DNA from: Octopus vulgaris
Taxonomy: Eukaryota
Length of the DNA stretch: 64,000 nt
Assembly: GCA_951406725.2 (NCBI GenBank)
Contig: OX597814.1
Coordinates: 197,532,001-197,596,000, forward strand
Reading direction: 5' to 3'
The position numbers and the translations under genes are program-made. Numbering within the stretch: position 1 is the stretch's first letter; the number at the start of each line of letters is the position of its first letter. Shown here one piece after another: positions 1 to 14,200 of this stretch. Below the pieces are notes generated by a model. It was not told the DNA's origin, ran no database searches, and saw only the letters and a list, made by a program, of their open reading frames with translations.

Positions 1-59
1 GAACGCGAAATTACTTTGTAGCAAAACGAGCTTTATAGCCACACAGCCATGCATGTACA

Positions 60-630
60 TACAGAATGTAAAATCTAGGTATTTAGAAATCCGGGGATTT
101 TTTGATATTTTGGAGGATTCCGAGAACAATCAAATTTAAATAACTTTTGTTAATTTAATCATGAAAAATCGTTAATGAAATAAGAATATCTATTAAATTC
201 GAACATTGCATATCAACTCTTAATTAGGTTATTGATATTTCGTGCATGGGCAATAATCATTATCAGCCGCACCACTCCCATCGATAAGCATTCTTCCGAA
301 TATATTAATTGAAATTGAATATACTTTGATCATATGAGATGGATTGTGTGTAGGCATGTGTGGGTGTATGTGTGGGGGGTCCGCGTGCGTGTGTTTAAGT
401 GTTAAACATTACACATATCACTCCCCAAAAAATAAATATGCCGCACAATACTGCACAAGAAATATATATATATGTATGTATGTATATGTATGTATTTATG
501 TGTGTATATATATATGTGTGTATTTATGTGTGTATATATATATATATGTGTATTTATGTGTGTGTATATATAGATGTGTATTTATGTATATATAGATGTG
601 TATTTATGTATGTATATATATGTGTGTATT

Positions 631-670
<40 letters not shown>

Positions 671-1560
671 AATTTATGTGTATATATATATATGAATTTA
701 TGTGTATGTATATATATATGAATTTATGTGTATGTATATATATATATGCATTTATGTGTATGTATATATATATATATATATGTATTTATGTGTATGTATA
801 TATATGTATATATATATTTATGTGTATATATATATATGTATTTATATGTCTGTATATATATATATGTATATATATATGCATTTATATGTGTGTGTATATA
901 CATGTGTGTGTATATATATATATATATATACATTTTTATGTATTATATTATATCCGCATACAAACGATCCTCCATGCTTGTGTATGCATACACACATATA
1001 CTTGCATACATATACACGCGTACATATGTATATGCACATGTAAATATGTGTGAGAGTGTATTTGTATATCTGTGTGTGTGCGTGTGTGTGCGCGCGCGCG
1101 CGCGCGTGGTTATTCTATGTATGTGTATACAAGCACACAAACACGAGTGTGTGCGTATGTATTACACATAGGCACAGTAACATGCATTCATACACATATA
1201 TGCAAAGAAGCACAATAATATATACACATTAACATGCTATGGTTATGCACAGATGCATACTCGTGCACAGGGATGCATGCAAAAGGAGAATGCAATAAGA
1301 TTACAATCAACATTAAAGGATATTGCATAAGAATAATTTTTCTATCGGTTTCACAATTAACAGATGTAGTATCGTCACCAAGAAAACCTCAAAATGGCGG
1401 TGTTAAAAATCTGTCCATTAATATCATTATCTTTCCATGCACAGGAAATATGGTGTTACAATTACGTTATGCTGTATTTTTCCTTAAGGACCTGGTGACA
1501 TTCTTCTAAATTCGTTCACTCACATGGGTACATGTAGGCTTATCTTGGGCATTTATGCTT
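60..1560 (+). pseudogene. Cys-loop (nAChR-like) subunit pseudogene, copy P0: late extracellular domain to M1
   Basis: FRAW at 238-249 (cf. FGSW). ORF 1234-1509 contains GEC-KI, LTDV...RKP (1381-1389), INIIIFPC (1417-1440) and VFFL (1474-1485), matching the nAChR pattern GEW..D.....RRKP...NLIIPC...LVFFLP. Interrupted by microsatellites 345-1230. Confidence 0.55.
460..935. repeat. Compound (TA)n/TTTATGTG microsatellite
   Basis: Directly visible. Confidence 0.95.
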
Positions 1561-1577
1561 ATGTAAGGTATATTCCT

Positions 1578-1858
1578 TTATTCTTTTAGTTGTACCAGTT
1601 TTTGACTGCAGCCATGCTGGAGCAACGCCTTTAGTCGAACAAACCGTCCCCAGGACTTATTCATTGTAAACCAAGCACTTATTTTCTATCGGTCTCTATT
1701 GCTGAACAGCTAAGTTACAAGGACATAAACACAACATCGGTTGGACACACAAACATATATGTATATACGACGGGCTTCTTTCAGTTTCCGTGTACCAAAC
1801 CCACTTACAAGTCCAGACCCGGAACCATGGGGTTGGGAAGCAAGCTTCTTATTACACA
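1578..1858 (-). mobile_element. tRNA-derived SINE family A, internally deleted
   Basis: Reverse complement of the element at 13192-13506 (shared blocks gacgggcttctttcagtttccg, acccggaaccatg, gccatgctggagc). Confidence 0.85.
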
Positions 1859-1917
1859 TTATAACGTGTGTGTAGAATCTAGCAGTTATATAACATTATA
1901 TTGTATGCATAATACGA

Positions 1918-1958
<41 letters not shown>

Positions 1959-2345
1959 CAATAAGAAGATGGAGGGAATCATGAGGTGGTATTCATCAAC
2001 ATTTAGACATTATATTATGTTTATTTAATATTTTTTTAAATCATAATAGCAATATACATGCATGTATGGTATAATATGCTTTACATATACAATATATAAA
2101 AATAACAGTAATTATTAAACTATATTACGTACATCACAAAAGATATCCTATCTTATCCAATCCGCACATCTCTAAGTAAGTTGATTTTGATTATATATAC
2201 ATACATACATACAATAATCCTTCGCCATATCGTTGTTTACCTGTCGCGCACTCAGTATATCCGGGTTTCTACAGCCGAAAGATATTTATATTATTTCTGT
2301 GGGAGGTTTTCAAACATAACACCTAGGATAGTCGAGAGATTACTG

Positions 2346-2396
<51 letters not shown>

Positions 2397-3282
2397 TTTA
2401 TAAAATATATTATAAATGTATATGAAGCATCTATAGATAAACAGACAGACAGATAGATCATTGATAGAAAATACAATATATATATGCAATATATTTGTAC
2501 GTATACAATGCACATATACATGTATATAGATTCATGTATGTATTTATACATGTATACATACATATATACAAACATATACTGCTACACGTATGTGCATGCA
2601 TACATACATACCTACATACATTTACATCGTACAGTGATGTACTGAAGAATATTACATTTACTACTCAAAAACGTTTGTACTCGTAATTTTATTTCTAACA
2701 TTCAATTAAACACACAAATTGCACATTTATGGTGTGTGTGTGTGTGTCTGTGTCACATTAAAATTCACACGTATGCAACTTGCTCAGGAATGTATTTACA
2801 TTCAAGTTGCGTTTCATTAAATAAACTAAGAATCCAGTTGATATTTCATTCCTGCTTTCGTACAGAATCAGACGCTAGACTTCCCTTCGTAACGCTTCGA
2901 ACAATGCAATCATTTTCTAATCTATGGAAAGATTAATCTAACCAATGTTTTTAACTGTTAATAGCTTGCTATAAAGCCAGATCAATAGTAAAGTATAAAT
3001 ATAGATAAAAAGAATTCCTCGGAAAGATCACGAATTTGGAGATAAGTCCAATAATATTAAGCTTATGAAAGCGTTTTCCAAGATGTTTTAATAATAATAG
3101 TATATCAATTTTGGAAGAAACGTGACAAAAGAATCGCTGCTCTCTCCTGATAAGGACACTAAGTTTAAATAGAAATATTGTACAATAATATTAATAGAGG
3201 AGAACGCATGAAGAATCACTTATTTTGCAGATTATCAACTTGATACTCAAATCATTGCTTCTGACACATAGACACAGACTGC

Positions 3283-3463
3283 TATATATATATATGTGTG
3301 TGTGTGTGTATGTATCTATGTATATATGATGCATATGTGTATGTTTGTGCGTGTTTGTGTGTATAAATATGTATGTGTATATATATATATAGGTATGTAT
3401 GTATATATGTATGTATATGTATGTATATATGTATGTATATGTATATATGTATGTATGTATATG

Positions 3464-3499
<36 letters not shown>

Positions 3500-3547
3500 T
3501 ATATGTATGTATGTATATATATATGTATGTATGTATATATATATATG

Positions 3548-3644
<97 letters not shown>

Positions 3645-3684
3645 ACATGTATGTATATATATATATGTATGTATGTATACATGT
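3283..3684. repeat. (TATG)n/(TA)n array
   Basis: Directly visible. Confidence 0.95.
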
Positions 3685-4040
3685 ACTTTACTTTGATACT
3701 TTGATAGGTTTCGGCCATTATTGGCCCAGGCCATGTCTAACTTAATAGCACCACCTGGTGAAGTCTTTCAAGTCAGAATTTGGGCACTATAGCCCACTCA
3801 AGTAGAGAGTTATTGTTTACAGAGACATATCCGGGTGTAGGGGGTTTATCCGGGATTTCTTGAAGGAATCTGTCCAAAGACTTCTTGAACCCTATAGGGT
3901 CAGTTTCTGTTTTAATGTGTTTTGGTGTAATGTTAAAGAGAGCGGGGCCAATTGAGGTGAAATAATTGTGCCGTATTGTTGTTATGAGATGAGAGTGCGA
4001 TTTTTGTTTTGGGCGGATGGCACGGGGCCCAAGCCTTGGA
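3685..4040 (-). mobile_element. 5'-truncated CR1/L2-group LINE: ORF2 C-terminus plus 3' UTR
   Basis: Open frame RLGPRAIR...[21 protein letters not shown]...[21 protein letters not shown]...NSLL, stop at 3773. This fits the GPxLFNxLP...FKxxLDxFL C-terminal signature. Short UTR ends in a tandem tail tatcaaag-tatcaaag-taaagta. Confidence 0.8.
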
Positions 4041-4310
4041 TGTATATATATATATGTATGTATACATGTATGTATATATATATATGTATGTATGTATGTA
4101 TATATATATATATGTATGTATATATATATATATGTATGTATATATATATATATATATGTATGTATATATATATATATATGTATGTATATATATATGTATG
4201 TATATGTATATATATATATATGTATGTATATATATATATATGTATGTATATATATATATATATGTATGTATATATATATATATATGTATGTATATATATA
4301 TATATGTATG

Positions 4311-4341
<31 letters not shown>

Positions 4342-4817
4342 GTATATATATATATGTATGTATATATATATATATGTATGTATATATATATATATATGTA
4401 TGTATATATATATATATATATGTATGTATATATATATATATATGTATGTATATATGTATGTATACATGTATGTATACATGTATGTATATATATATGTATG
4501 TATATATGTATGTATATATGTATATATGTATATATGTATGTATATATGTATGTATATATGTATGTATATATGTATGTATATATGTATGTATATATGTATA
4601 TATATATATATATGTATGTATATATGTATGTATATATATATGTATGTATATATATATGTATGTATATATGTATGTATATATGTATGTATATATGTATGTA
4701 TATATGTATGTATATATATATATGTATATATATATGTATGTATATATATATGTATGTATGTATATATATGTATAGTATATATATGTATGTATATATATAT
4801 GTATGTATATATGTATG

Positions 4818-4894
<77 letters not shown>

Positions 4895-5159
4895 GTATGT
4901 ATATATATATATGTATATATGTATGTATATATGTATGTATGTATATATGTATATATGTATGTATGTATGTATATATGTATGTATATGTATATATGTATGT
5001 ATGTATGTATGTATATATGTATGTATGTATGTATATATGTATGTATATATATGTATGTATGTATGTATGTATATATGTATGTATATATGTATGTATGTAT
5101 GTATATATATGTATGTATGTATGTATGTATATATGTATGTATATATGTATGTATGTATG

Positions 5160-5202
<43 letters not shown>

Positions 5203-5210
5203 ATATATAT
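4040..5210. repeat. About 1.2 kb (TA)n/(TATG)n array
   Basis: Directly visible; source of the 400-480 aa Y/I/H/T ORFs. Confidence 0.97.
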
Positions 5211-5254
5211 GGCAAATGAAAGATACCAGGTGTAAACCATTCGTTTTATTATCC

Positions 5255-5349
<95 letters not shown>

Positions 5350-5924
5350 AGAGAGAGAAAAACACATCCACATTACTATTATGCTATTGAAGTCTGTCAA
5401 GCTTCATATATCACTAAACTAAATCCGAGAATAAAGGGAAGAATAAATACAATTTCTCATAAGAAAATGAAAATATATTCTGTATTTGGATATATTTTAC
5501 TTCGGCTCTTTGTTCTCCGGCTCTGTATGATATAGCAGAAATACAGTAACGTGGGGAAATTTTAAATTCAAATGACATCAGTAATCAAAGCAGTCAATTA
5601 AAGTCATTATTTATACCAAGTTACGGAGACGACAGCTATATATCTGTCGAAACTGCAGCCCGGTAAATCCCGCCCGTGTTGATTTTGTTAATCGACCTCA
5701 GGTCATGCCTAATCAGAAAGCTGTAAATTCAATGGTGATGCTGTTGGGACAATCTTGTCTTTGTTAGCTTTTTTTAAAAGCATATCAATGATTAGGACTA
5801 GATTTGGTTATTATTTCTTGCAAGTCAGTCAACCACACACATATATATATATGAGGCCAGACTAGTTGTATGTATGTGTATGTGTGAATGTGTGTTTACG
5901 ACCCAGTTGAAGTTTGTTGTTTGT

Positions 5925-6233
5925 TCCTCCTCCAGCCATGCCTGGCTCATAAGGAGCGGTTTCCTGGTTTCATTGGCGTATAGGTTCCCCACCTGGACGG
6001 GATGCCGCTCCGTCGGGTATAAAGAAGTGCTTCAGTGGCGTATAAATTCTCCACTTGGACGGGACGCCGATCCGTCGCAAGATTACTCACTTTTGCCAGC
6101 TGAGTGGACTGAAGCATCGTGATATGAAGTGTTTTACTCAAGAACAAAACGCATCGCCCGGTCTCGGAATCGAAACCACAATCTTACGATCATGAGTCCA
6201 ACACCCCTAACCACTAAGCCATCCGCCTCCACA
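5925..6233 (-). mobile_element. tRNA-derived SINE family C (body 2 + tail A), with partial internal duplication
   Basis: Head tgtggaggcggatggcttagtggttaggg (A box) and ggtttcgattcc (B box). Body cagtccactcagctggcaaaa. Tail homologous to 12175-12270. Confidence 0.85.
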
Positions 6234-6299
6234 GTTGAAAACTCGGTTGACTTTAATTTCGCTACAAAATCACTTACGAAAGACATGGATTTAGTAACA

Positions 6300-6900
6300 T
6301 CTAAACTTTTACCTTCCATATAAGAAATTGTTTCTTAACATATTTGGTTTCTAGTGAATCGGTTCCGTGTACAAATCCTGCTAAGCTCCACATTGACGTT
6401 TATCAACTCTGAACTGAGCTCCAATCACCACTTTTACCCTCTACAAAAACTAAGAGTGTTTTAATCTAAAAAAAACACATTTTTCGGGTTTAATCTCTGA
6501 TCTCCGAATAGTTTAATGAATTTAACTCAAATCTAACATAGAGCTGTGGATGTAGTTTCACTTCATTTTTCTTCAACGATGTGATTTAATTTTCAAAGCA
6601 CGCATATTCTTGCATAAAAACAATACTTATCAGTTATCTGTTGTCTTTCACCTTAACATTCTATACGAACCTAAATAGATTTATTTCATTTCAAGACAGC
6701 ATTACTAATAGAAAAGGGATTCTTTGGTGACTTAATCTCAGAAGCTCTGATAATAGCCATGGCACATTTGAAAGCTGCTAAGACAGATGGGGCAGAAATC
6801 ATCCTCTAATCAGAGATTTTGAGCAAATGCGTTCAACAGAATGTACACCGATAAACATAGACAAAGACCAGTTTAATATCCCAGTGCACCATTTGTTTTA
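6300..6900 (+). pseudogene. Cys-loop subunit pseudogene remnant P1 (transmembrane part)
   Basis: NTFFGFNL*SPNSLM (6474-6518, pre-M1/M1-like), SVVFHLNILY (6637-6666, end of M3) and ANAFNRMY (6823-6846, start of M4). Weak, manual reading. Confidence 0.3.
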
Positions 6901-7189
6901 TAAGAAAATATATTCGATTAATTTGGCAAATTTATCCCTATTTTATATTGAGTATTTAAAATTTCATGGTATGATCTCAGATTAGTCCTAATTCGAAGCT
7001 GAATCCTGAATGTATTTGAACACAATTGTTCATGTGCCATGCGTTAGGTTCGTGTGTTGTGTGAACTGGCGGTGGTCGAAGATTCTGTTGATAGTAGTGA
7101 GATTGTTGTGGCGGTGGACTAACATAAACGACAGTTCAACGGTCAGAAATCAATGAAGTTTACTGCCATTCGATCCATGAAGGATCAAA

Positions 7190-7566
7190 CAAATATGTGA
7201 CAGTATGCGCCAAACCGATCGAGTAGCTATAAAGAGCGTTCTCTGGAAGTGAGAAATCGATGTTTGATCCGATTTAAAGAGCTGAGGAACCTGTTAATAA
7301 CATATCAGTCTTGAAGTCTTGAACTGGACGCAGATCTATCATAAGAAAATCTCAAGCTTCGTTAATTAAGTTTCATGTGTCAGATGTTACCACATTATAT
7401 GGGGGTTGAATCTGATTTTCGGGCGTTTAGGGTTTGTAATTAACAGTCCTGCCAACTGTTGACACATTTATTTGATAAAAATTGACTCACTACTTCAAAG
7501 AGAAAACTTTGAACCATTCCAAACATACTCAAACACACCAAAACACACACAAAAAGAACAAATAAT

Positions 7567-7601
<35 letters not shown>

Positions 7602-9130
7602 ACAAACTCCAATCTATTTACTGGAAAATAGACAATGAATTAACCTTAATTTAACCGGAAATCACATTTCTTCAAATACATCCATTTTTAAAGGGAAGCA
7701 TTAAGAGAGACTTTTAAAATGCTATAAAATGTACAACCTGTGATGTCAGCTTCTATGTTTGTAATTCTAGTTGACAGACTCGCTTCTAAAACGCCATAAA
7801 ATCTCTGTGCGTTCCTCATTAAATACGCCGGAATGCCTTTCTTGCATACTCAAGCCCTTAGAAGTAACAGTGTGTGTAATTACAAATATGCACTAACGTT
7901 TTTCTTTTCGTTTTCTCTGTCTTTTTAACTCCTAATAGATTAACACAATTGTGTTTTGAACCTTGCAGATTTAACTCCCAAACTTTCCTATTCTTTATGT
8001 GACTTGTCATATATGATTTTATATTTACACGTAAAAGTATTCTGTATGTCATTTTTCATTGCGATTCTATTTGAAATTATTGTTATTTCTTTTAGAGATA
8101 GACAAGTGTAAAATCTTTCCAAAACATGCTCTAAAATACCTCATGAATTTTCTGAAAGAAAACAGAATTCTAAAAGTTTTCTCCTGTCATTGTATGCAGT
8201 GAAACTCCAAATTGATGCACATCAAAATATGTTCAATAGAAAACTGTTCACTATGGAATCGCACATAGTCGCTCAATAAATGCACGGATGAAATCCAAAA
8301 AGTGCATCGATCGTTCAAAAATTATGCCACTGTTTTACTAAACAATACCGAATATTGTGCTATTTGATTATTCCATGCATTTTTCTCTGCAGTCAGTTCT
8401 CGAAATAGATTAAATTTTAACCAAATTAAACGTTATTTTTTTTTTAATAACCTCTGAATTTACACTTCTTTCCAAAAAGTGGCAGATCAGATGCTGACAC
8501 CAGCAATTTTCTAATTCTTAGCATGATCCATTCCTGACAAAATCAATTTTGAGTCAATTATTAAACAACGCAGAATAATGGCCAAAACTTTTTTTTTTAT
8601 TAAAATTGAAAAATTGTTAACTATTTAAGTTATTCGTTGCAAGCTGCAGTGTGTTCTTTGTCAGAAAGATAACTTTAGAACTCTGGCGGCGAACAGATCA
8701 TTACTTCGCTACCAACATTAACACTGTGTAATTGCGAGCACAAAAATATACAAAACACACAGTAATTTAGCTCCAACTGAAGAATCTGGGATTAAACTCT
8801 AACAAACGGAAAATACATTTCATGGACGTTAAATACAGATAAAAGAACTAGGAGACACTTTTCCTAACATTAAGAGTGTAGTTAATGTGGCATAAAATAA
8901 CCATTTCTGTAACTGAACACACTCAGCAGAGATAAAAGGAATATAATTGGCTGTTCATGAACTATAAACTAAGATCTAACTTGAATTGCTGCTTAGAGAT
9001 TTGAATAAGAATATATTGGAACTATATTAGGTTTACAAGAATAAGTTTTGGTTAAGAGAAAATTGTATAATGTAAATATAAATGTATTTTTAAAGTGCGA
9101 AATTATATTGCATTCTTGTTTGTTTGTTTT
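7190..9130 (+). pseudogene. Cys-loop subunit pseudogene P2
   Basis: CDSMRQTDRVAIKSVL (7196-), I*PEITF (7649-7669, cf. IWxPDI), IKCTTCDVSFYVCNSS* (7724-7774) and FTRKSILYV (8024-8050, cf. RRxxLYY). Motifs are in the expected order. Confidence 0.45.
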
Positions 9131-9825
9131 TGGTCTTCCTTTTTTTTTTTTTTTTTTTGTAAATGTCTCGTCTAACATCTGTTATCAAAACAAACACTTT
9201 GGGTGTTAATATGTATAAGATAGAAACGGATAAACATCGTTCTGAAGGAAACTGTTTTCGTTTTTGTTTTTTTATGCTGAAAGCTAATTTTTATTTCATC
9301 TCAGACAGATTATTCAACGTTCAGCCATAACAATGTTATTTCACTTCAAACAGATTATTCAACACTCAACATAAGAATGTTGCTTGTGTCTAAATACATT
9401 AACATAAATTAACATATATTATCTTCGTCAGAAGGGTGGAGACTAATATAAGTTAAATATGGAACTTACATAGTTAAAAGAGAAAAGCTTATGAGTTGAT
9501 ATTCTTGACAACACGGGTATTTATGCATGAAAGTTACTTAAGTTTTTCATGAAATCACGCAAAAACATGCACCAGTCTGGCCTGAAAATGTACTGATTTC
9601 TCTTTATACAACTTTTACTACGATTGCAGGGGTGAGCGCCTGTGTTGTATCCTATCCTCAATCCCCAGAATAATTCCTTGTCCTAATCCTTTTTCCGAAT
9701 ACGTCTGCTCTATCGAATCCCATACTCGCTGCGCATGTCATACTTGAAATGGTCGACACTCGCCACCACTTAAAGTAAAGCGCTAATGACATCCACTTTA
9801 CCAGTCTCGCCGCTGACCAAATTAA

Positions 9826-10216
9826 CCTCTATATATATAAAGCTGAAGGTGTCTGTGTATGGCAGATTTGGTAGCCTCAACTAACACTATCTCCTCCGAG
9901 ACACTGCGGCGCAAGTTGACCAAAATTGAGAGTATGATAGAAGAAGGCTTGCTCTTCCTTCTGTAGAAGAATAAATGCAAATCGGACCATGTTAACACCA
10001 AAAATTATTTACATCAAAAAGCTGCTTTTTTTCTATGAAAATCCCTATTTTTATTGATGTTTTGACTGCTGTGTCGCCATTTTTCGGTGTATTTCAACCA
10101 GAAAAATGTTCACTTAAAGAGAATAACAAGCTACATAATGCAAAATTTTTACTTTTCAAAAATTCCAGTTCTAAAGGGTTGAAACAAACCCGAGCGATGC
10201 CAGGCGATACTGCTAG
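9826..10216 (+). mobile_element. Non-autonomous Helitron (family H1)
   Basis: 5' cctctatatatataaag (TC start mutated), 3' hairpin cccgagcgatgccaggc followed by CTAG. Sits between A and T. Near-identical copy at 45185-45573. Confidence 0.85.
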
Positions 10217-11832
10217 TAAAAACATAAAGTAGTATAGAGCGAGATGTATTTCATGGGACGCAGTACGTGCGAAATGAGAGGGGAAAAAACTAGTGTAACT
10301 GATGTGCTTTTGGGTTGCTGACATATTTTGAAGAGCAGAGTAAAACTATGTGTGGCTGTGTGTCAGTAGAAGCCATCCAAAGAACGCACATGATTAGGAT
10401 GGATGAAGCTGTAAATACCTTTATCAGGAAATAATTAATTGAACGGCTTTCTCCTGAATAAATTTAGAAGTTCTAATTAATTATGGTGAGTAACATTCTA
10501 GTTATATAATAACTATTCGTTAGAGAATGTCTACATTATTAAGAATATAAGTCTTCCAGTAGTGTTAAATGGAAAAAGGTAGATTGCTGCGTGAGGGGCT
10601 TCCATAAATGTGCATCTTTTTGTTAGGAGTAACACTTGTCTCTCATTTCGGTTTTACATTCGCAAAACGTAAAGAATATAATCAGATCTTTACGATTATA
10701 AGTTGATTGAAATTTTGATTAAATCCTTCATTATATATATTCCCCACGAAAGTAGAGTGACTATTTCAAACTATTTCACCATATCTACACCAAACAAAAA
10801 CAAAAGACAGATAAATACAAGCACTTGAAGATTAAACTCTGACGAAAGCAGCTCATCTATTTAGCTCCCATCAAATGAGTTATTACTCCTACATACAATA
10901 ACTACTTTTCTAAACTGAATATCGAGAGAAACTTTGAAAAGCAAGTTGCGTTGATATTTTCTATCATTTTTGTCCAGCTGTCAACAAAAGATACTTCCAG
11001 TGAAGAGATAATGAACAAACTCAGAGATCAAAGCAATTATTGTGCCAGGTAAACATAAATATGATAAAGTGAACAAACCTAAAAACATATGTTTGATTCG
11101 GCGAAACACAAGTCATCAGACATTTATAATACGCAACAATATATTCTAACTTTGGAGACAGAAAGAGCTTGCCGCTTCTATTTTTCCTCTGATCTCTTTT
11201 TAGTTAATAATGTTATATATTGATATAATGTCGGTGGTACCGGATAATTATTCTAAATAATTTGGTTGACAGATAATTAATAGAATATAGAAATATTTCC
11301 TAAAGCTTGAGATCATTAAAGAGTTGGTAGCTTAGAAACCATCATCATGTTTACCTTTTCTCATACGGATGGTGTTATAATAGCGAGAAAACTACCTATA
11401 GTTCAGTGAGATGGCTAAGGCAGCACAAAACACTGTCTCATTAAGACATGCCACGGGATAAAAGATACGTATCTTTTCCAATTAGAGTAATTGTAACAGC
11501 AATTAACGACAGTACAGACACACCTTAATAGTATTCGTTACCTGCAATATATAAAATGAAATAAAATAAAAATTTAAAAAAAACAAGGAAAAAATACGAA
11601 AACTATTTCACTTGATAAAATGACATGGAATATTTTAATTAGCAAAAGCCCCTGAGTTATTCACAGTCTCTTAATTAATTACATTTCCGTATTCGATATT
11701 TTCAGGATGTAACTTTTTAATCATTGCAAAGCATTCTTTACATTAAAACAAAATAACATTTTCAACTGTTCAATATGGCATCCTTTATTGAAAACTGATC
11801 ATCACTGAATACTAAATATGCTACAAAGACTA

Positions 11833-11887
<55 letters not shown>

Positions 11888-11971
11888 TACTGATTAATGT
11901 CCAGTAACATTCGTCTTCCCGTGAAGCAGAGAAAACCGATATAGTAATTAATATTCTGTACTAAACACCAG

Positions 11972-12290
11972 GTGGAGGCGCAATGGCCCAGTGGTCAGGG
12001 CAGCGAACTCGCGGTCGGAGGATCGCGGTTTCGATTCCCAGACCGGGCGTTGTGTGTGTTTATGGAGCGAAAACACCTAAAGCTCCTCGAGGCTCCGGCA
12101 GGGGGTGGGTGGCGACCCCTGTTGTACTCTTTCGTCACAACTTTCTCTCACTCTTTCTTCTTGTTTTTTGAGTAACGCTGCGATGGACTGGCATCCCGTC
12201 CAGCTGGGAGGAACACATACGCCATAGAAACCGGGAAACCGGGCCCATGAGCCTGGCTAGGCTTGAAAAGGGCGTATAAATAAAAAAAAT
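11972..12290 (+). mobile_element. SINE family C (body 1 + tail A), copy 1 of tandem pair
   Basis: A box tggcccagtggtcaggg, B box ggtttcgattccc, A-rich tail; flanked by taaacaccag and tagacaccag. Confidence 0.92.
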
Positions 12291-12300
12291 TAGACACCAG

Positions 12301-12618
12301 GTGGAGGCGCAGCCCAGTGGTCAGAGCAGCGGACTCGCGGTCGGAGGATCGCGGTTTCGATTCCCAGACCGAGCGTTGTGTGTGTTTATGGAGCGAAAAC
12401 ACCTAAAGCTCCTCGCGGCTCCAGCAGGGGGTGGCTGGCGACCCCTGTTATACTCTTTCGCCTCAACTTTCTCTCACTCCTTCTTCCTGTTTCTTGAGTA
12501 ACGCAGCGATGGACTGGCGTCCCGTTCAACTGGGGGGGACACATACGCCATAGAAACCGGGAAACCGGGCCCATGAACCTGGCTAGGCTTGAAAAGGGCG
12601 CAAAAATAAAAATTAAAT
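12301..12618 (+). mobile_element. SINE family C (body 1 + tail A), copy 2 of tandem pair
   Basis: Over 90% identical to copy 1 by eye; followed by taaacaccag at 12619-12628. Confidence 0.92.
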
Positions 12619-13191
12619 TAAACACCAGAGAATTTCTGTTGGACGAAATTGTGATCATTAACATCATACTTGAAACCAACTTTTACCGAACAATTCAGTA
12701 CCGTTACGTAGTTAATTTTAATGTCCAATTTGATCTATTATAAACAAGAGTTGAAATGTCTAATGTAAAATGATATACTTTATTATAACAAAGCATTGCT
12801 CGTTGCCCTATAAAAAGTCCCAGTAGAACAAAATTCCATAAATATTCGCATCATTCAATCAGATTCCAAACTAATACGACCACACCGGGATAGTTTTAAT
12901 TAATTTTACAACAAACGAATTAATAATATCCGGCAAGAGCTAGTCTGTCTGATAGACCGGAGTCCGGGAATTGTTAGACAATTACTTGTAATGCGTCAGA
13001 GTCGTCTACATGGTAACAATGCTTTTATGATTTGTTGAACGTTAAATAAGCCACGTTCCACGAAAGTATTCGATTGTCAGATAAATTCGTTCGTTTCTTT
13101 TTTTTTTTTTGTTTTCTTTTGTTTTCGTAATTCCAATCCCGGTCGATGTCTTTTTTTTATTTAAAAGAAATAGGAAGAATATATTTATCAT

Positions 13192-13506
13192 AGGCTCAGG
13201 CGTGGCTGTATGGTAAGAAGCCTGCTTCCTAACCACGTGGTTCCTGGTTCAGTCCCACTGTGTGGTACCTTGGGCAAGTGTCTTCTACTATAGCCTTGGG
13301 CCGACCAAAGCCTTGTGAGTGGATTTGGTAGACGAAAACTGAAAGAAGCCTACCGTGTGTGTGTGTGTGTCCTCCACCACTTCTTGACAAGCACATAGGG
13401 GCTCGGCAAAAGAGACCGATAGAACGTGTCAAGGGGAGATTCGTTAAGCTAAAATTGTTGAAGGTGGTGATCCAGTATGGCCGCTGTAAAACATAAAAGA
13501 AAAGAT
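13192..13506 (+). mobile_element. tRNA-derived SINE family A
   Basis: gtggctgtatggtaagaag (A box), ggttcagtcccactg (B box), ccttgggcaagtgtcttc, internal (GT)n, tail ccagtatggccgc...aaaaga. Confidence 0.9.
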
Positions 13507-13604
13507 TTTATGTTGTGTATTTTTTTCTAGTTTTTAGCTCTGTTTTTCTTTTACAACATTTGTTTATCGTTTTTGGAATTTCAATGCATTTTACTTCTGT
13601 TCAG

Positions 13605-13718
13605 GCGCAGAGAAATCGGTGCGACGTAAAAAAGCGAAAGAATTTCTCTAACTTAATATTTCTTTATAACAATTATGAAGCGGAACCATTATATGGAATA
13701 TTATATTATAGATTATGC

Positions 13719-13760
<42 letters not shown>

Positions 13761-13901
13761 AAGATAGAAATGGAGTCAGAGAGAGAGACAGACAGACAGA
13801 AAAGCAGGCAGGTAGATAGATTGACAGACACACAGATAGGCAGGCAGACAGGCACGCAGGCTCGCACGAAGACCGACAATGAGACAATGAGACAGCCCGA
13901 C

Positions 13902-13943
<42 letters not shown>

Positions 13944-14200
13944 GATAATGATTCACGTGGGATTAGGGAGAACAACCATAAACTTGGAGAAGGCAATGCA
14001 CAGGGCGATAAGAGGTGATATATTGATGTCGAGGACGGCTTAATATTTGTTAGCAAACCACTGAGAGAAATAGTGTTTGGGATAATGATTATGTTTCGGA
14101 TGAACTGGGCAAGATAAGAAGACATAAAATACGTAATAATTACAATAAGATATCAATAAAATAGATGAGAAATCTGTTTTAGGATCATCATCAACATCAT
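13605..14200 (+). pseudogene. Cys-loop subunit pseudogene P4 (N-terminal extracellular fragment)
   Basis: After acceptor cttctgttcag: AQRNRCDVKKRK...YNN, similar to the starts of P5 (QRNGCD) and P9 (RCDEYERK...YNN). IDVEDGLI at 14022-14045, then VWDNDY and EDIKYVII. Interrupted by GA/GACA/GATA repeats 13724-13942. Confidence 0.5.

Larger units (their letters stand above)
10978..13050 (+). pseudogene. Cys-loop subunit pseudogene P3
   Basis: Acceptor-like ttttgtccag at 10968-10977; IKTCHGIKDTYLFQLE* (11440-11490); YFQDVTF (11697-11717, cf. YPDVTF); FVFP*SRENR (11910-11939, cf. FxLPxxSGEK). Interrupted by a SINE pair. Confidence 0.45.

Noticed and set aside
3773-5422. 400-484 aa ORFs on both strands, and similar Y/I/H/T/M/C/V-rich ORFs throughout the track
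   Set aside because: Translations of stop-free (TA)n/(TATG)n/(CA)n repeats. Only 3773-4040 (LINE end) is real coding-derived sequence.
11972-12045. tRNA gene calls at SINE heads (also 23738, 24550, 37623)
   Set aside because: A and B boxes are present but there is no complete cloverleaf, and each continues into a SINE body.
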